A stretch of DNA of 64,000 bases from Anthoceros angustus (Eukaryota; Plantae; Anthocerotophyta): positions 620,001 to 684,000 of the forward strand of contig MU008162.1 of the NCBI GenBank assembly GCA_010909165.1. Reading direction: 5' to 3'. Below, one piece after another: positions 40,889 through 53,100 of the stretch. The first letter of the stretch is position 1. Each line of letters begins with the position of its first letter. Below the pieces are notes generated by a model. The model searched no databases. It was given only the letters and a program-made list of their open reading frames with translations, and was not told the DNA's origin. Both the position numbers and the translations under genes were made by a program.

Positions 40889-41332
40889 ATGATGAGAAAG
40901 CCGAACACATCTCCTATGAAAGTTGCACCATCTCCAACCAAGGAGCCGCTCACGTTTGAGAGGATGACGGACGCAATGCTGCGGATGACAGAGTCCCTGC
41001 AGAGAGTGTCGCAGGAGATCGCCTTCTTGCCTAACATGCGGAATGTTCAGTTTCACGAGGAGTTCATTGCGCTGATCAAGAATCTGCAGGAGCACCAGAG
41101 CGAGATTCAGATCTTCATGGCGGAGCAGCAGCGGCAGATTCAGAACTTCATGGCGGAGCAGCAGCAGCAGATGCGTTTGCTAGCGCAGGACCAGGCGGCG
41201 CAGCAGGCCATGTTCCAGAAGCAGGTGCTGGATCTTCAGCGCCAGATTGGCGTGCAAGGGTTGCGGAAGGTGCAAGGGCGGCAGAGCCGGGAGTCACAAT
41301 CCGCCGGGCTTTCTCGCACCTGCGCAGCTTGA
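40889..41332 (+). CDS. Hypothetical Gln-rich coiled-coil protein (147 aa), copy A
   Basis: ATG immediately after acceptor ttggcag|G; open frame; paralogous decayed copy with the same acceptor/ATG arrangement at 53297. Confidence 0.6.
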   Translation: MMRKPNTSPMKVAPSPTKEPLTFERMTDAMLRMTESLQRVSQEIAFLPNMRNVQFHEEFIALIKNLQEHQSEIQIFMAEQQRQIQNFMAEQQQQMRLLAQDQAAQQAMFQKQVLDLQRQIGVQGLRKVQGRQSRESQSAGLSRTCAA

Positions 41333-41991
41333 CCGCTTGTCTGCGCATCTGGGAGCATGGGATGATGCAACAGGGACAATCCCTTCTTCGAGGGGCTCCT
41401 CGCCAGTCTTTCTGTGATGTGCAACAACGTTTTTTTGGAGGGAGGATCCAGAGCGAGTCAGACCTAAAGAGGGGTAGCCCGATATTGGAGAACGCTGTTC
41501 AAGTTTGATAGAACACTGCATACATACTCTACCTGGATTTAAGAGTTGCCCGGGAAGACTTGTGGAAAGCACAACTCGTTGTTCCCTCGTGCGCCATGGC
41601 AGCACTAGGAGTTTTCACGGACCTTGAAACAGCTTCCAAATACAAGCTATTTTGTATTGGATTCCTAACGCTTTTGTACATTAAATGATACAGATGGTCC
41701 ATCATTAATCATGTTGTTCCTGGTTGTCTAGTCATCGTAATCATCGGACAGGATTGTTGAAAAGAGTCTTTAACACCGTTTGTTGCTTCATACCGTTGCA
41801 AGTTGTATGCGATTGGTATCTATCAAGAAGACTGGCACTTGCTCATTGCAACTTGGTTGAGAACACTCCTGCCTTTATGCATATCTTTACCTCATTATTC
41901 AGCATTAAAAAATTGCGCTTGGCTCTACCGCTGCTCGTACAATCGAACGTTCTCAGGAGTTAAGTTTTTTCACTTTGCATCAGTGCTCGAA

Positions 41992-42524
41992 ATGGCGGCA
42001 AGCAGGAACATGAAGTCGAAGGTGCTGCTGCTGGCGCTCGTCATTGCCGTTGGTAAGCAGCAAGGACTCCATCCTGGGCGCTTATCATTTTATACTCCGA
42101 GTCCACATGATCAGAAATTCGCATGGATCACTGCTGCCGAAGTGTACCCCTGACCGACACACTGCTGTGTCTGTCTGACTGATCGCGTTCGCACATGTGC
42201 AGCCCTTAGGAGCCGGAGGTGGCACCAGCTGCGTGGCTCACAAACACGGACTTCCCGACCGACAGCACCCCTTTATGCTTCACCGCATTGAACAACATTC
42301 ATGAGTGTGCAGAGAAGTGTCTCAACCTCAACAATCCGAGCTGCCTGACCTTCTGGTGGTCACCAAAGGACCCTCTTTACCAATGCTGCCTAAAAGACTC
42401 CATTAGTATGGGATTCCGAACGTATTCTGATAACGGGCTGACGGTTCTAACGGGTGAGCTTCTGTCAGCGTGCTGTGATCTGTCCATCTTCGACATAAAT
42501 CAGCCTGCAGGGTCCTGTGACTAG
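41992..42524 (+). pseudogene. Secreted PAN/apple-domain gene, copy A (frameshifted at the homologous acceptor)
   Basis: Signal-peptide exon 41992-42052 (MAASRNMKSKVLLLALVIAV); exon 2 NTDFP...C...CAEKC...C.TFWW...QCCLK; +1 and -2 indels relative to copy B near 42203-42240. Confidence 0.7.
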
Positions 42525-43950
42525 CGGAGGAGTTGGTAAGGGGCTGTGACTAACATATTTCAGCACTAAGAATTTGAGGCAGCCATGGGGGAGCCTGGCG
42601 TGGATGCTCGGCAGCGCAGCTGCTGGCTGCCTCAAATGAGAGGATTGCCAAGTTGGAACGGGCATCGGGTGAGCGAATTGCTCACCTCGAGCAAGCATTA
42701 CAGGCGGCCTTGCAAATCCATTTCAACCCTGTGTCACGAGTTCAAGGCATGGAAAAGGTGAAGGATCAAAGCCAGTGAACTTCGATGGGAAGGAGGAGCC
42801 AGGGGCAGTGGATAACTGGATTGATAAGTGAGAAGGTATGTGCGTCTACATTTGGTGCCCCCAGCTCAGCAGGTAGATCTGGCAGCTAGATTTTTGCGGG
42901 GAACGGCGTCCACCTGGTGGCTACAACGCCAGAATCAGGTACGTGCGAGGGAGCTTGCCGACTTCACAGATTTAGATGAGTTTTTGACATCCCTCCGAAT
43001 CACGTTTGTCCCACTAGAGGGTCCGGAGGTTGCCCGAGATAAATTAGTGAAACTGGTGCAGAGGAAGAGTGTTGCTGAATACAATCGCAAATTTTTGGAG
43101 CTGATCACGGCCATACCCAATTTGAATGAAACAGAAACGTGAGACCGTGCTCATCTACCCTTATCCAGCATTTTCCTTTCTAGTCACCACTGATGCTTCT
43201 GATGTTGCCATCAGGGCTGTGTTGCAGCAAGATAAAGAGGTCATGAGCGATAGCCTATAGCATATTTTAGTTGAAAGTTGAAAGGGGCTGAACTTAACTG
43301 GACCACCCATGAAAAGGAAACCTTGGCACAGGTTTTAGCTCTCAAGGAATGGAGGTGGTGTCTGGAGGGCACCCCATTTAGAGACGGATCACGAGCCACT
43401 GAAGTAGTATCTTCGAACTCAAGCACACATCTAAGTAGGAAGCAAGCTCGCTGACTGGAGCACTTCCACCAATACAACTTTTCGGTTCAACATATTTCAG
43501 GTGAACAGAATCGTGTGGCTGATGCCCTGTCTCATTTAACAACTATTACTACCGCTATTAATGTAAAAGGAAACTGGACTGATGAGTTCCTTGCAGCTTA
43601 CACTGCAGACCCTGTTGTTAAGGATGCTCTCTACACGTTACAGGATACCGGAACTGCATGGACTTAATCAGTAAAAGGTCTTCTTCATTATTTTCCATAG
43701 TAGGCTTTATGTTTTTCCACTACCACATGTTCGTCTTACACTAGTTCATGAGCAGGCTCATAAAACTCCCTCAGAAGGACATCAGGGCATTCACCGTACA
43801 CTTTACAACTTGCAGCTACGGTATTACTCGCCGAAAATGGCAGCTGACGTCACTACTTGGATCCATCTTTGTGACATTTGTCAACGTATCAAGGCTCTCC
43901 GGACTAAGGTACCTGGTCTACTTCAGCCTACGCCGATTCCCTTACTTCCG

Positions 43951-44094
43951 TGGGAGCAAGTCACTCTTGATTTCATAGTGGATTTACCTTTGACCTCGTG
44001 GGAGCAAGTCACTCTTGATTTCATAGTGGATTTACCTTTGACCTCGTGGGAGCAAGTCACTCTTGATTTCATAGTGGATTTACCTTTGACCTCG
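43951..44094 (+). repeat. Perfect 48-bp triplication inside the integrase remnant
   Basis: tgggagcaagtcactcttgatttcatagtggatttacctttgacctcg x3. Confidence 0.95.
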
Positions 44095-44367
44095 CAAGAA
44101 TATGATGCAATCCTTGTGTTTATCGACAAACTTACAAGGATGATCCACTAAGCCCCCATTACAGAAGCATGTTCAGCGATGGATGCAGTTGAACTGTTCT
44201 ACGGGCTCCACGGTTTGCCTCACAGCATAATAAGTGATCGGGAACCCGGTTTACTTCTCAGTTTGGGTACGCTATGCATCGCGGACTACAAACTAAACTG
44301 TATCTATTAACAGCAAACTGCACCTAGAGACTGATGGAGCCGCGGAATGGGCTATTCAAATCATTAA

Positions 44368-46509
44368 CAGTGTTTCTCAACATAGGGGTTTGTCTCCGAA
44401 CCCCATTTTGGCCCCAGCCATCTAGAAATGTACATGTCTCATTTCACTGTTTTTCAGTGATTTGCGAACCCACAGCCCATGCATCCGAGCCAAAAAGAAG
44501 ACCTAATGTGCCCACCGTCCACACAAATGCAGGACATACCTTTGTACCAAGTGGCTGGATGACTGGCGCACTTATGCTCCAAAGAGGTGGAGTGCGCCGG
44601 ACGTCTTGCGCACTCATACTCCAAAGAGGTGCAATACACCGGGTTTGGAGAGGGTTGCGTCAATACTTGTGTAGGCAAGCACTTTCGCCTGCTGCTGCAC
44701 ACTTGCCACCGCACCAACACTCACATCAATTCTCTTTTCAAACCCCGTGATTCGTGAGCAATCCTGCACGTGCATACGTCTGACTGGCCCCTCCGTGTCG
44801 GAGATAAGCCGCACTTAGATCTCAGATTAGGCCTCGCAGAATTGACAAGGTAAAGGATGGTGAGGCCTCCTCAACCGTTCTTGATCAAACTCTTCAGAGC
44901 TTGCATTTCTTCTTGTCAAGTCCATACCGCTTTCAACCTTAATCTATCCATGGGTGGCACATGGAGCAAGTCGATCTTAAATTCAAAATCTCTGGCGAAG
45001 CTTGGCTATAGTTCTCTCGAACACCTAGTCGCCCACAGTAGGGCATCACAAGGTATAGATGGTCCTCCTTCGAGCCTCACCGAAATACTCACCATTTTGG
45101 TCAAAACCCCACTGGGCGATCATCTTTCTTCAGATACTCACTGCTCACTAGGGCTCGTGGCTGTGCAGATGCTTTCTTATACTTGTGTTCGATCGCATCC
45201 GATGTGCTTTCATTACTCAAGGACAAATCATCTATTCTATTTATTTTCTTGCTTCTCGCAAAACATTGTGAAACATTGTCGCCTTCAAAAGGTTGGCCAT
45301 TAGAAACCACCATCATACATGTCGAATTTTGGAAAATGTAGCTCATCTAGAAACCAAGGCCTATGCATCTATACGCATCAAACTCGAATGAGCGGACATT
45401 TGGCGCACCAATCAAAGAGATCCACCGCAAGTCATCAAGGGGCACATAGAGTAAGGCCAAAAGGTTTTACATGTTGTATACAAAGCGAATGTGGGAATAT
45501 AACATCAACCAACAAATGATTTTCAAAATAATATTCATGACTTTACGCCTAGATACCGGATGATTTACAAATTTTTCAAACCACTAAAAATCAACACTCC
45601 ATCCTAGTATTGATACGCCTAGGTTGCTTAAAGGAGTTGTTACAAAGTTTTCAAAGCGCCAAAACAAGCAAACCATCCTAGTACTAATCCGACCCAAGAG
45701 TGCTTAACTGAGTTCTCAAAGCACCAAAACAAGCAAACCATCCTAGTACTAATCCGACCCAAGAGTGCTTAACCTTGAGTTTTATGCCATTGAGTCTATC
45801 TACACCTATCCAAGCGATGCTTATGAGAAGATACAAACAATATATATACATTTGCGGACGTCCGCGATCCACTCCACCATTTCCATCTCACTGACGCCGC
45901 AAGATTGGGGTCTCAAAATGCGCCGGACGTCCGCGCAGCTTTAGCAGACTGCCAATGTGCCAAACGTCCGCATTGCTCCAATTCCTTCTATGTTTTTCAC
46001 TCTAACAATGGAGATCCTGTGGTTGTGTACTCACAAAGGCACCGCACGCTACTTTCTAGAGTCGTAGTTTGGTCCTCTCGAGATGGCCATGATCGCTATC
46101 GGTTAATGTTCTTCACAATTGCGCCGGACGTCCGCAGCTTGCTTCTTTTGCGTGTTGGTTGCGCGGACGTCCGCAGCTTGGCTTGGACTAATTTTGTTTG
46201 GTTTTGCCTCTGCTCACCCTGCTAGGAAGTACTATCGCCTGCGAAATAGGTGTTTAAGATTCCTAGCACCTGATAAAAATCCTTGAAATCCCTTCCTTGT
46301 GAAGGTGAAATCCGCGAACCTTCTTCGACTTAAATCCTATTAGCGTAAGTGTTCGCGAGAAAATAACATGGTCAATGTCTTTCAGTACATGTTTAAAGAG
46401 TGGTTTTGCTAAAGATGATGCATTTTGGCCCGTTTTCGAGGCTCATTTTTTGGTCTTTAGGGACCCAAACCCCTTTAATGAAGAATAACCCCTATCTAGA
46501 GAGACGTTG
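44368..46509. mobile_element. hAT-like DNA transposon, non-autonomous or decayed
   Basis: 23-bp imperfect TIRs (CAGTGTTTCTCAACATAGGGGTT versus reverse complement CAACGTCTCTCTAGATAGGGGTT); degenerate 8-bp TSD ATCATTAA/TTCATTGA; removal restores integrase AIQIIEDLL. Confidence 0.82.
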
Positions 46510-48649
46510 TTCATTGAAGATCTTCTTCGAGCATATGTCAGTACTCAGAAGGAAAAATGGGAGCAATATCTACATTTACCAGAGTTTGCTTTCAATAGCT
46601 CTAAGAACGCCAGCACGGGAACAACACCCTTTTATGCTCTTTATGGATTTCATCCCAGGACCATGTTGACAGCTGTGCTGCCCGCTGCTAACCACGCACC
46701 TTCAGCCATGGAGTTCCTCCAACAGTGGGCTCAGGTTCTCTAGCAAGTCCAGCAACATGTGCTTGAGGCACAAAATCGGCAGATCCTACAAGCCAACCAG
46801 CATCGACGGCTGCTGATATTTACCCCTGGCAATTAGGTGTTCCTCTCTACCCGTTTTCTACCCCCATTCCTTGGTGCTGGGCCCGAAAACTGGTCAATCA
46901 ATGGATCGGACCTTTTTCCATATTGCAGGTCATTGGCCATGCGGCCTATCGCCTTGCTCAACAGCACCTGGTGTCGTTTCGGCAGCTGTTAAGAGACAAT
47001 CCGAAGTACCGACAAGAAGTCCGGAGGGCCATCAAGGAGACACAACCACGCCGAAGCGCTTCCCTGCTAAAACCGTTCCTAGGCCCCGCTCCTTCCCGTC
47101 CCCCACCCATCTTGGACTTCGGGAAGCCCATGTATGAAGTGGACCACATCCTCAAACACTAAACCCGCCGAAACCGTCTTGAGTACCTCGTATTTTGGTG
47201 CGGCTATCTTCTAGATCTATCAGAGGCAACCTGGGAACCGCGCCGCAATCTATCCCATTGTGACAACGTCCTTGCCTACCATGCCTCCTGTAGTTTCGTG
47301 GACGAAACCACTTCACCCCCCAAGTGAGTTGTTAGGCGATATACGGACACATATGAATGTGTGCGCAGTACTGTTAGTACAGCGGTGGGTCGATTATCCT
47401 AGGTTTGGCATGTCGGCGATGGATCAATGACAAAATTTGTGGCCTGCCTGCCTGCCAGTATGGAAACATCGTGCATTTAGATAGGGTTGTGTGTTTCCAC
47501 ATGCCACGACCAGTTCCTCACGCAGTCTGTTGGCAAGGACTGGCCTAGTTCAATTGCTACTGGCGGGAGAGGCGCGCGAGGTGTTCTAGGTCGCTTAGCT
47601 CCCTGTGTTTTTCTGGCTCACTTGATTGAGTGTTTTCAATTGAGCGATACGAGGATACTTCGCCGCTGGCTAAAGAACTTCAAGGCAGCAGGCACCGTCT
47701 CCGGGCCTCACTCCCCTCATCTGACTACGATGTGATGAAGAAATAGAAACTGTTATTCTAACTCTTATCACTCTAGTTTAAATGAGCTACAAGGCATGGT
47801 TCCGGTCACTTTTTTGTTCTCTTGCTTAATACATATTTTTTCTACCTTTCTTTGATATGGTGTAATATATATACTTGTTTACCTTTCTTTATATGGTATA
47901 ATATATATACTTTTCTACCTTTCTTTCTCAAGCTCCTACCTATGTGCATACGTGTCAGTCGAAGTACATCTTTGGATGTATGTGACTAGAAATGTGTAGC
48001 AAGCTTAATCGTGTACCTTAAACGCTTGCAAAGTATGGTATATAAGTTTTTGTTTTTTATTGTTTTTTATTTTTTACGTTTATATGGTAGAAGGGTAATG
48101 ATAATAAGGAAGTGTGATGATGCATGCATGCCTACTACACGTAACAAGCTCCTGTGGTGGAGGAAACTTTTGTTGGTTTTTTTTGTAGGCAATGTCGAGG
48201 TGTTTTTGACACTTTTTTGTAACCAATGAATGGAGAAGTTGATGTTTGTGATAATCTACCAATGGGAAGCTGATGACTGTGATACTGTGATACCTGCCAG
48301 CGAGAAGTTAATGATACCTGCTAGCGAGAAGTTAATGACTTTGATCCAGGCTAGCAAGAGGTTGATGACTAAAATAGATATAATCCAGAATCTGATGATT
48401 GTGTTACCTACTGGCGAGAGGCTAATGTATGTGATGATATGTCAGCAGTGGTGCTGATGTCTAATGTTTTTTTTGTTTTTTTGGTACTTGATATGATATG
48501 CTAGTAGCAGTGCTCATGTCTGACATATTATGCAAACATTAGTGTTGATGTCTTGTATTCTTATATAATTAAGGTATTGCATGCCATCCGTGAGGAGGGT
48601 TGTTGTCATGCATCTAAGTTGGAAATGATTTTGTGCTATTTTATCAGCT

Positions 48650-49003
48650 ATGGCTGATACAGATTCTTATCATGAGGTGCAGAAGGTGTCTGCGGTATAG
48701 CACCTTACATTTAATAGAAAAAACTTCCAACTTTGGAAGTTTAAGACGTGATTTATGTTGGGCTCACAACCTGTTGTTAATGGAGATGAAGTTTTTCCCG
48801 AGCGTGGGACACAAGCAAATGGATCCTTCAGGATCGTAAGGTTCATCTTCAAGATTATTCTCACTAGTATAGTCCAGAATTTTATATATCTTCACTCTAA
48901 GTTGCTCTCTCTTAAGATGCAAGAAGATGATTCTATTAAAAAACAACTTTTTGAGTTTAGTTCTCTTGTTAAATACAATATATTTTTCTACTTGTGTTTG
49001 ACA
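48650..49003 (+). mobile_element. Ty1/Copia gag remnant
   Basis: FNRKNFQLWKFK and LHSKLLSLKMQEDDSIKKQLFEFSSLV resemble Copia gag N-terminal and core motifs. Confidence 0.6.
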
Positions 49004-49311
49004 AGCACAAGCACGTGCACGAGCACGCGTGCGAGCGCGTGCGAGCGCGTGCGAGCGAGCACGCGAGCACGTGCGCGAGCGCGAGCGCGTGCGCACGCGA
49101 GCACGTGCGCGAGCGCGAGCACGCGCACGCACGCGTGCCGCGAGCACGCGTGCACGAGCGCGAGCACGTGCGAGCACGGCTGCGTGCGAGCACGCGAGCG
49201 CGTGCCGCGAGCACGCACGCGTGCGAGCACGAGCACGTGCGCGAGCACGTGCGAGCGAGCACGAGCTGCGTGCGAGCACGAAACACGAGCACGAAACACG
49301 AGCACGCACGC
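49003..49311. repeat. CpG-rich degenerate microsatellite (GCACGA/GCGCGT)n
   Basis: Directly visible; produces spurious RA/HV-repeat ORFs in several frames. Confidence 0.9.
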
Positions 49312-49316
49312 AGTGT

Positions 49317-51297
49317 GGAAGACCACATACACTAACCCTCCCCCGACCGTTGGTTTGAATGTTTTTTTTGTTTTCTTATGTTTTGTGTGATGGGTGCTTA
49401 GGAAATGTCCGAGGCAAGGCCTTTTATACTAAAGTGGTCCTTGGCCCATGACAATATTACTTTTACAAATAATTAGTCCTTGGGCCTCGAACTGGAATAT
49501 CAGCTAGAAGGTCCTTGACCTTGGGATTTTAGGAATAAAAATTGTCTATATAAGGTGGGGATCCTTCATTCAAAGAACAGGGGCCTGTGAACAAGTGGAG
49601 ACGCTGGCACCTTTGGAGAAGTTCAAGAAGCTAGCGGAGAGGTATAAGCGGAGAGAGGTGAGGCTAGGGCTGTGGTCAAGAGAGAGGCAATCAAGAAGGG
49701 TAGAGCAACACCACCGCAGTAACACCGCTAGAAGCGCCACCACGGTGGTGGAGCCACCACCGTCATGCCACCACGGTGGTGGAGCCGCCATCGTCATGAA
49801 GAAGGACCCAAGGTGGGGAAGCCACCGCGAGCGCAGAGGGGATGCAACTCAGATTCCGTGAGCCCAGGATTGTCCAGGAGCCGCATACCCTTCCACAGGT
49901 TGTGCTCGAGGAAATGAGCAAGGCGGAGGCTAGAGCATGGATGGAGGAACGACCGCTTGGCTGTCCAAATGAGGAGCGAGGAAACGCGCAGGGGCGAGAC
50001 GGACGGCGCCTCCTAGGAGGAGTGAAAGGACCTCTGATAGCGGGAGTGAGGTGGAGATATTAAGGGAGGATCTTCCGGATCAGAGGCGTGGTAGGAGAGC
50101 GAGGGGAACACCCATGGGCCGCAGGGCTAGGCGGCCACAGCGGAGGCGGGCGCGCTGATTTTAGAGGGGAGCGGCATCATAGGTCAGAGGCTTTCACTTG
50201 GATTAGAGGATAAGGTGCTAGGAAGCTTGTGAACCTGTAGATACCCGAATTGGTAGGCGCGCTCGTGGTAGGTTAGCCATCTTTAGACACTGGAGGTAGG
50301 TTAGCCATCTTTAGACACTCGGAAAGTGAGCTATGGCGCCATGCCGGATGTATAAGAGACCCCTTGAGTGTCTCTCGACAATTTGTGTGAGCTCCGTGTG
50401 TCGAATCTGTGCGGTTGGTTGGAGACATCCGATCGATGACGGGCCGATTCTGTGCCTCCTCCACAAGAGGGCCGGGAGATCCCTGGATGGTCGAGAGCTG
50501 AGTGACCAAGCTCCGCGTATGGGGTGACTAGTGGTGAAGGGTGCTCAACGCATGCCAGGAGAGGGAAATTCCCGTAGGGAATCGGGGTGAGATCGCGGAT
50601 ATGCGAATCCGCTGTGGAACCGACCAGCTGTTTTTCCCTTTCCCCAACCCGCTGTCTAACCAGATTGTGTCTAATTCTAAGGAGGGCTGTGTGGCTTGAG
50701 GAGGGGTCTGTGTGGCCCGAGGAGGGGTCTGTGTGGCCCAGGGGGGGGTCTGTGTGGCCCAAGGAGGGGTCTGTGTGGCCCAAGAGAGGTCTATGTGGCA
50801 TGAGAGAGAGAATGGCGAGAGCAGCTTGTGTGTGGTGGGTGGTATTTGAGAGTTTAGGAAGGAAGAGTGGGAACGGAGCGAATCGGTGACGGGTGAGGCG
50901 CCGCGGCGTGAGTGGTCGAGGTAGGCGTCTGCCGTGAGTTTTGGGGTGGATGCCCCTGGAGGTGATCTGGAGTAGGCGCGAATCTGTGTGTGAGACTATA
51001 ACCCTTAGAATCACGTCAGAGGAACCGGGTGCCAAGTAGTCGGACGCGGCGCGTGTGCGCGCAGGGTAAGTGGGTCCCACCGCAGTGGTTGAGTCCGCCA
51101 CTGCAGTGGCTGAGTCTAGTACGGCGGTGGCTGAACTTACCACGGTGGTGAGTTTCGGACGCAGTAGTGGGTTGCGGCTGGGTAGGACTAACCGTAGTAG
51201 GGCTAGAATCCATAGTTTTAGAACATCTTGACACAAAACCATTCCCTTGGGATCGAATCCTAGGACTATAACGACATAGAGGGTAAATGTGGCCTCC
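49317..51297. mobile_element. Possible non-autonomous TIR element (Mutator-like?) with GC-rich core
   Basis: Weak inverted ends GGAAGACCACAT..ACCCTC / GAGGGT..ATGTGGCCTCC; internal 21-bp arrays (about 50680-50800 and 51080-51150) and a 29-bp duplication; no TSD found. Confidence 0.3.
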
Positions 51298-51329
51298 TTG
51301 CATCTTTGGACGCAAAAAACATTTCCACA

Positions 51330-51373
<44 letters not shown>

Positions 51374-51506
51374 ATAAGGATAAATGGATCCTTCAGAATC
51401 ATATGACGTTTATGATTATTTTAGCCAGTCTAGTCGAAAAGAAAATTTGCACAGTAATGGAGGCATCAATCTCGAATGAAGCTTGGAATATGCTGGCTCT
51501 TATACC
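51298..51506 (+). mobile_element. Second Copia gag remnant containing a (CGAGCA)7 expansion
   Basis: KWILQNHMTFMIILASLVEKKICTVMEASISNEAWNML; DNA similar to 48817-48875. Confidence 0.55.
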
Positions 51507-51755
51507 TGTAAGGGTATTAAAGCCCAATATACTTAGACTAATACACTTAGTCTAAGTTAGGTGTCAGTTAAGTATCATTAGCTTAGCTTAAGCTAATCAC
51601 TAGGAAGCTTCTTGTGCTCCTTCCTAGGAGCTTCCTAGGGAGCCCTATTGGAGGGTATAAATACCCTCCAAGCCTCATCTCAATGTGAGAGAGCTACTCT
51701 TGCCTCCTCCTCTCCTCTCCTCCTTCCACCAGCATGGCTGCCCCACGATCCTTCA
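51507..51755 (+). mobile_element. Solo LTR, 249 bp
   Basis: TGTAAGG...CCTTCA termini, perfect 5-bp TSD ATACC (51502-51506 and 51756-51760), internal TATAAATA. Confidence 0.85.
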
Positions 51756-51904
51756 ATACCATGTCAAACAAAAGTAGAAAAATATATTGTATGAAACACG
51801 AGAACTAAACTCAATAAGATGTTCGAATCACCTTTTTGCATCTTAAGAGAAATCAACTTAGAGTGAAGATATATAGAATTTGGGTACTCATTCTTGCATG
51901 GCAA

Positions 51905-52080
51905 TATTATAGTGCGAGGATGTTGGAGGAAATTGAAATTATTATTATTATAGGGAAGGATGTTAGAATTATGAGCATTGATTTTTGCATCCTAGCATTA
52001 TAGTGGGAAGATGTTAGAAGAAATAGAAACTATTATTGTTATAGGGGAGGATGTTAGAAGAAATTAAAATTATTATTACA
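51905..52080. repeat. Degenerate ~42-bp AT-rich tandem repeat
   Basis: attatag(t)ggga(a)ggatgttagaagaaatt.aaattattatt-like units, about 4 copies. Confidence 0.6.
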
Positions 52081-52307
52081 AATAAATAAAAACTATTATT
52101 CTAACTGTAGTCACTTTGGTATAGTATAAATGAATTGCGAGGGCATTGTTCCGGTCACTTGTTTGTTCTATTGTTTAATTTCTACCTTTGTTTGACATGA
52201 TGGTGGAATTTGTTGTATGATCTTGCAAGACGCGCGAATTCCATGTTTGTCATTGTTTTTGCATTTTTATATAGTTGTCGAAGTATACCGCGAAGTCCCG
52301 CATTGGG

Positions 52308-53100
52308 AAGAAGATTTGAAGTAACCTTGTAGGGCATTAATAAGTAGAAAGAAGGAGATCATTCAAGAGCTGCCAATCTGATGTTTTTTTTTTTTTGAGA
52401 CTTTATAGATATGTCAAAGTACACAGCGAAGCCCCGCACTATGAAGAAGATCTGGAGTAACCCCGTAGGGCACTAACAACTGAATAGGAAGAAGACATGG
52501 AGTAACCACGTAGGGCACTAACAACTAGATAGGGAGACGAGCTGGAGTAATCGCTTACACTAACAACTTATTATACAAAAGATATGCTTGTTATAAAGAA
52601 GATTTGGAGTAACCTAGCCCCATAACAACGTATTATAAAGAAGATTTGGAGTAACGACGTAGGACACTGAAGACTTGTTATAAAGAAGATATGGAGTAAC
52701 CACATAGGACACTGACAACTTGTTATAACAACTAGCTCCATAACAGCTTGTTATAAATAAGATCTTGAATAATTACGTAGGCCACTAACACCTTGTTATA
52801 ACAACTAGCCCCATAACAAATTGTTATAAAGAAGATCTGGAGTAACAACATAGGGCACTAACAACTAGCCTCATAACAACTTGGCATAAAGAAGTTTTGG
52901 AGAAACCACATAAAGCACTAACAACTTGTCATAACAACTAGCCCCATAACAACTTGGCATAAAGAAGTTTTGGAGAAACTACATAAAGTACTAACAACTT
53001 TGTTGTAAAAACTAGTCCCATAATAACTTGGCATATATTTTTTTTGGAGAAACCACGTAAAGCACTAACAACTCGTTATAACAACTAGCCCCGTAAGGGG
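52308..53100. repeat. Degenerate minisatellite, about 12 units of ~42-74 bp
   Basis: Core aaagaagat.tggagtaaccacgtagggcactaacaact with an optional tgttataacaactagccccataacaact module. Confidence 0.8.

Larger units (their letters stand above)
42586..47325 (+). mobile_element. Degenerate Ty3/Gypsy chromovirus remnant (gag, RNase H, integrase, chromodomain; protease/RT missing), split by a hAT-like insertion
   Basis: Gag (LAARFLRGTASTWW, SVAEYNRKF), RNase H (TDASDVAI...WTTHEKE), integrase (CDICQ, GLLQP, DFIVDLP, EFAFNSS, TPFYALYG), chromodomain (YEVDHIL...ATWEP); many stops and frameshifts. Confidence 0.9.

Noticed and set aside
48755-49390. Several RA/HV/TS-repeat ORFs on both strands
   Set aside because: Produced by a stop-free hexamer microsatellite.
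49003-51372. Idea of a transposon that specifically targets (CGAGCA)n microsatellites
   Set aside because: The right-hand microsatellite lies inside a Copia gag remnant about 30 bp beyond the putative terminus, and TIR/TSD evidence is weak.
52308-53100. CRISPR-like appearance of the repeat array
   Set aside because: Inter-repeat segments are related to each other rather than unique spacers; eukaryotic context with no cas genes.
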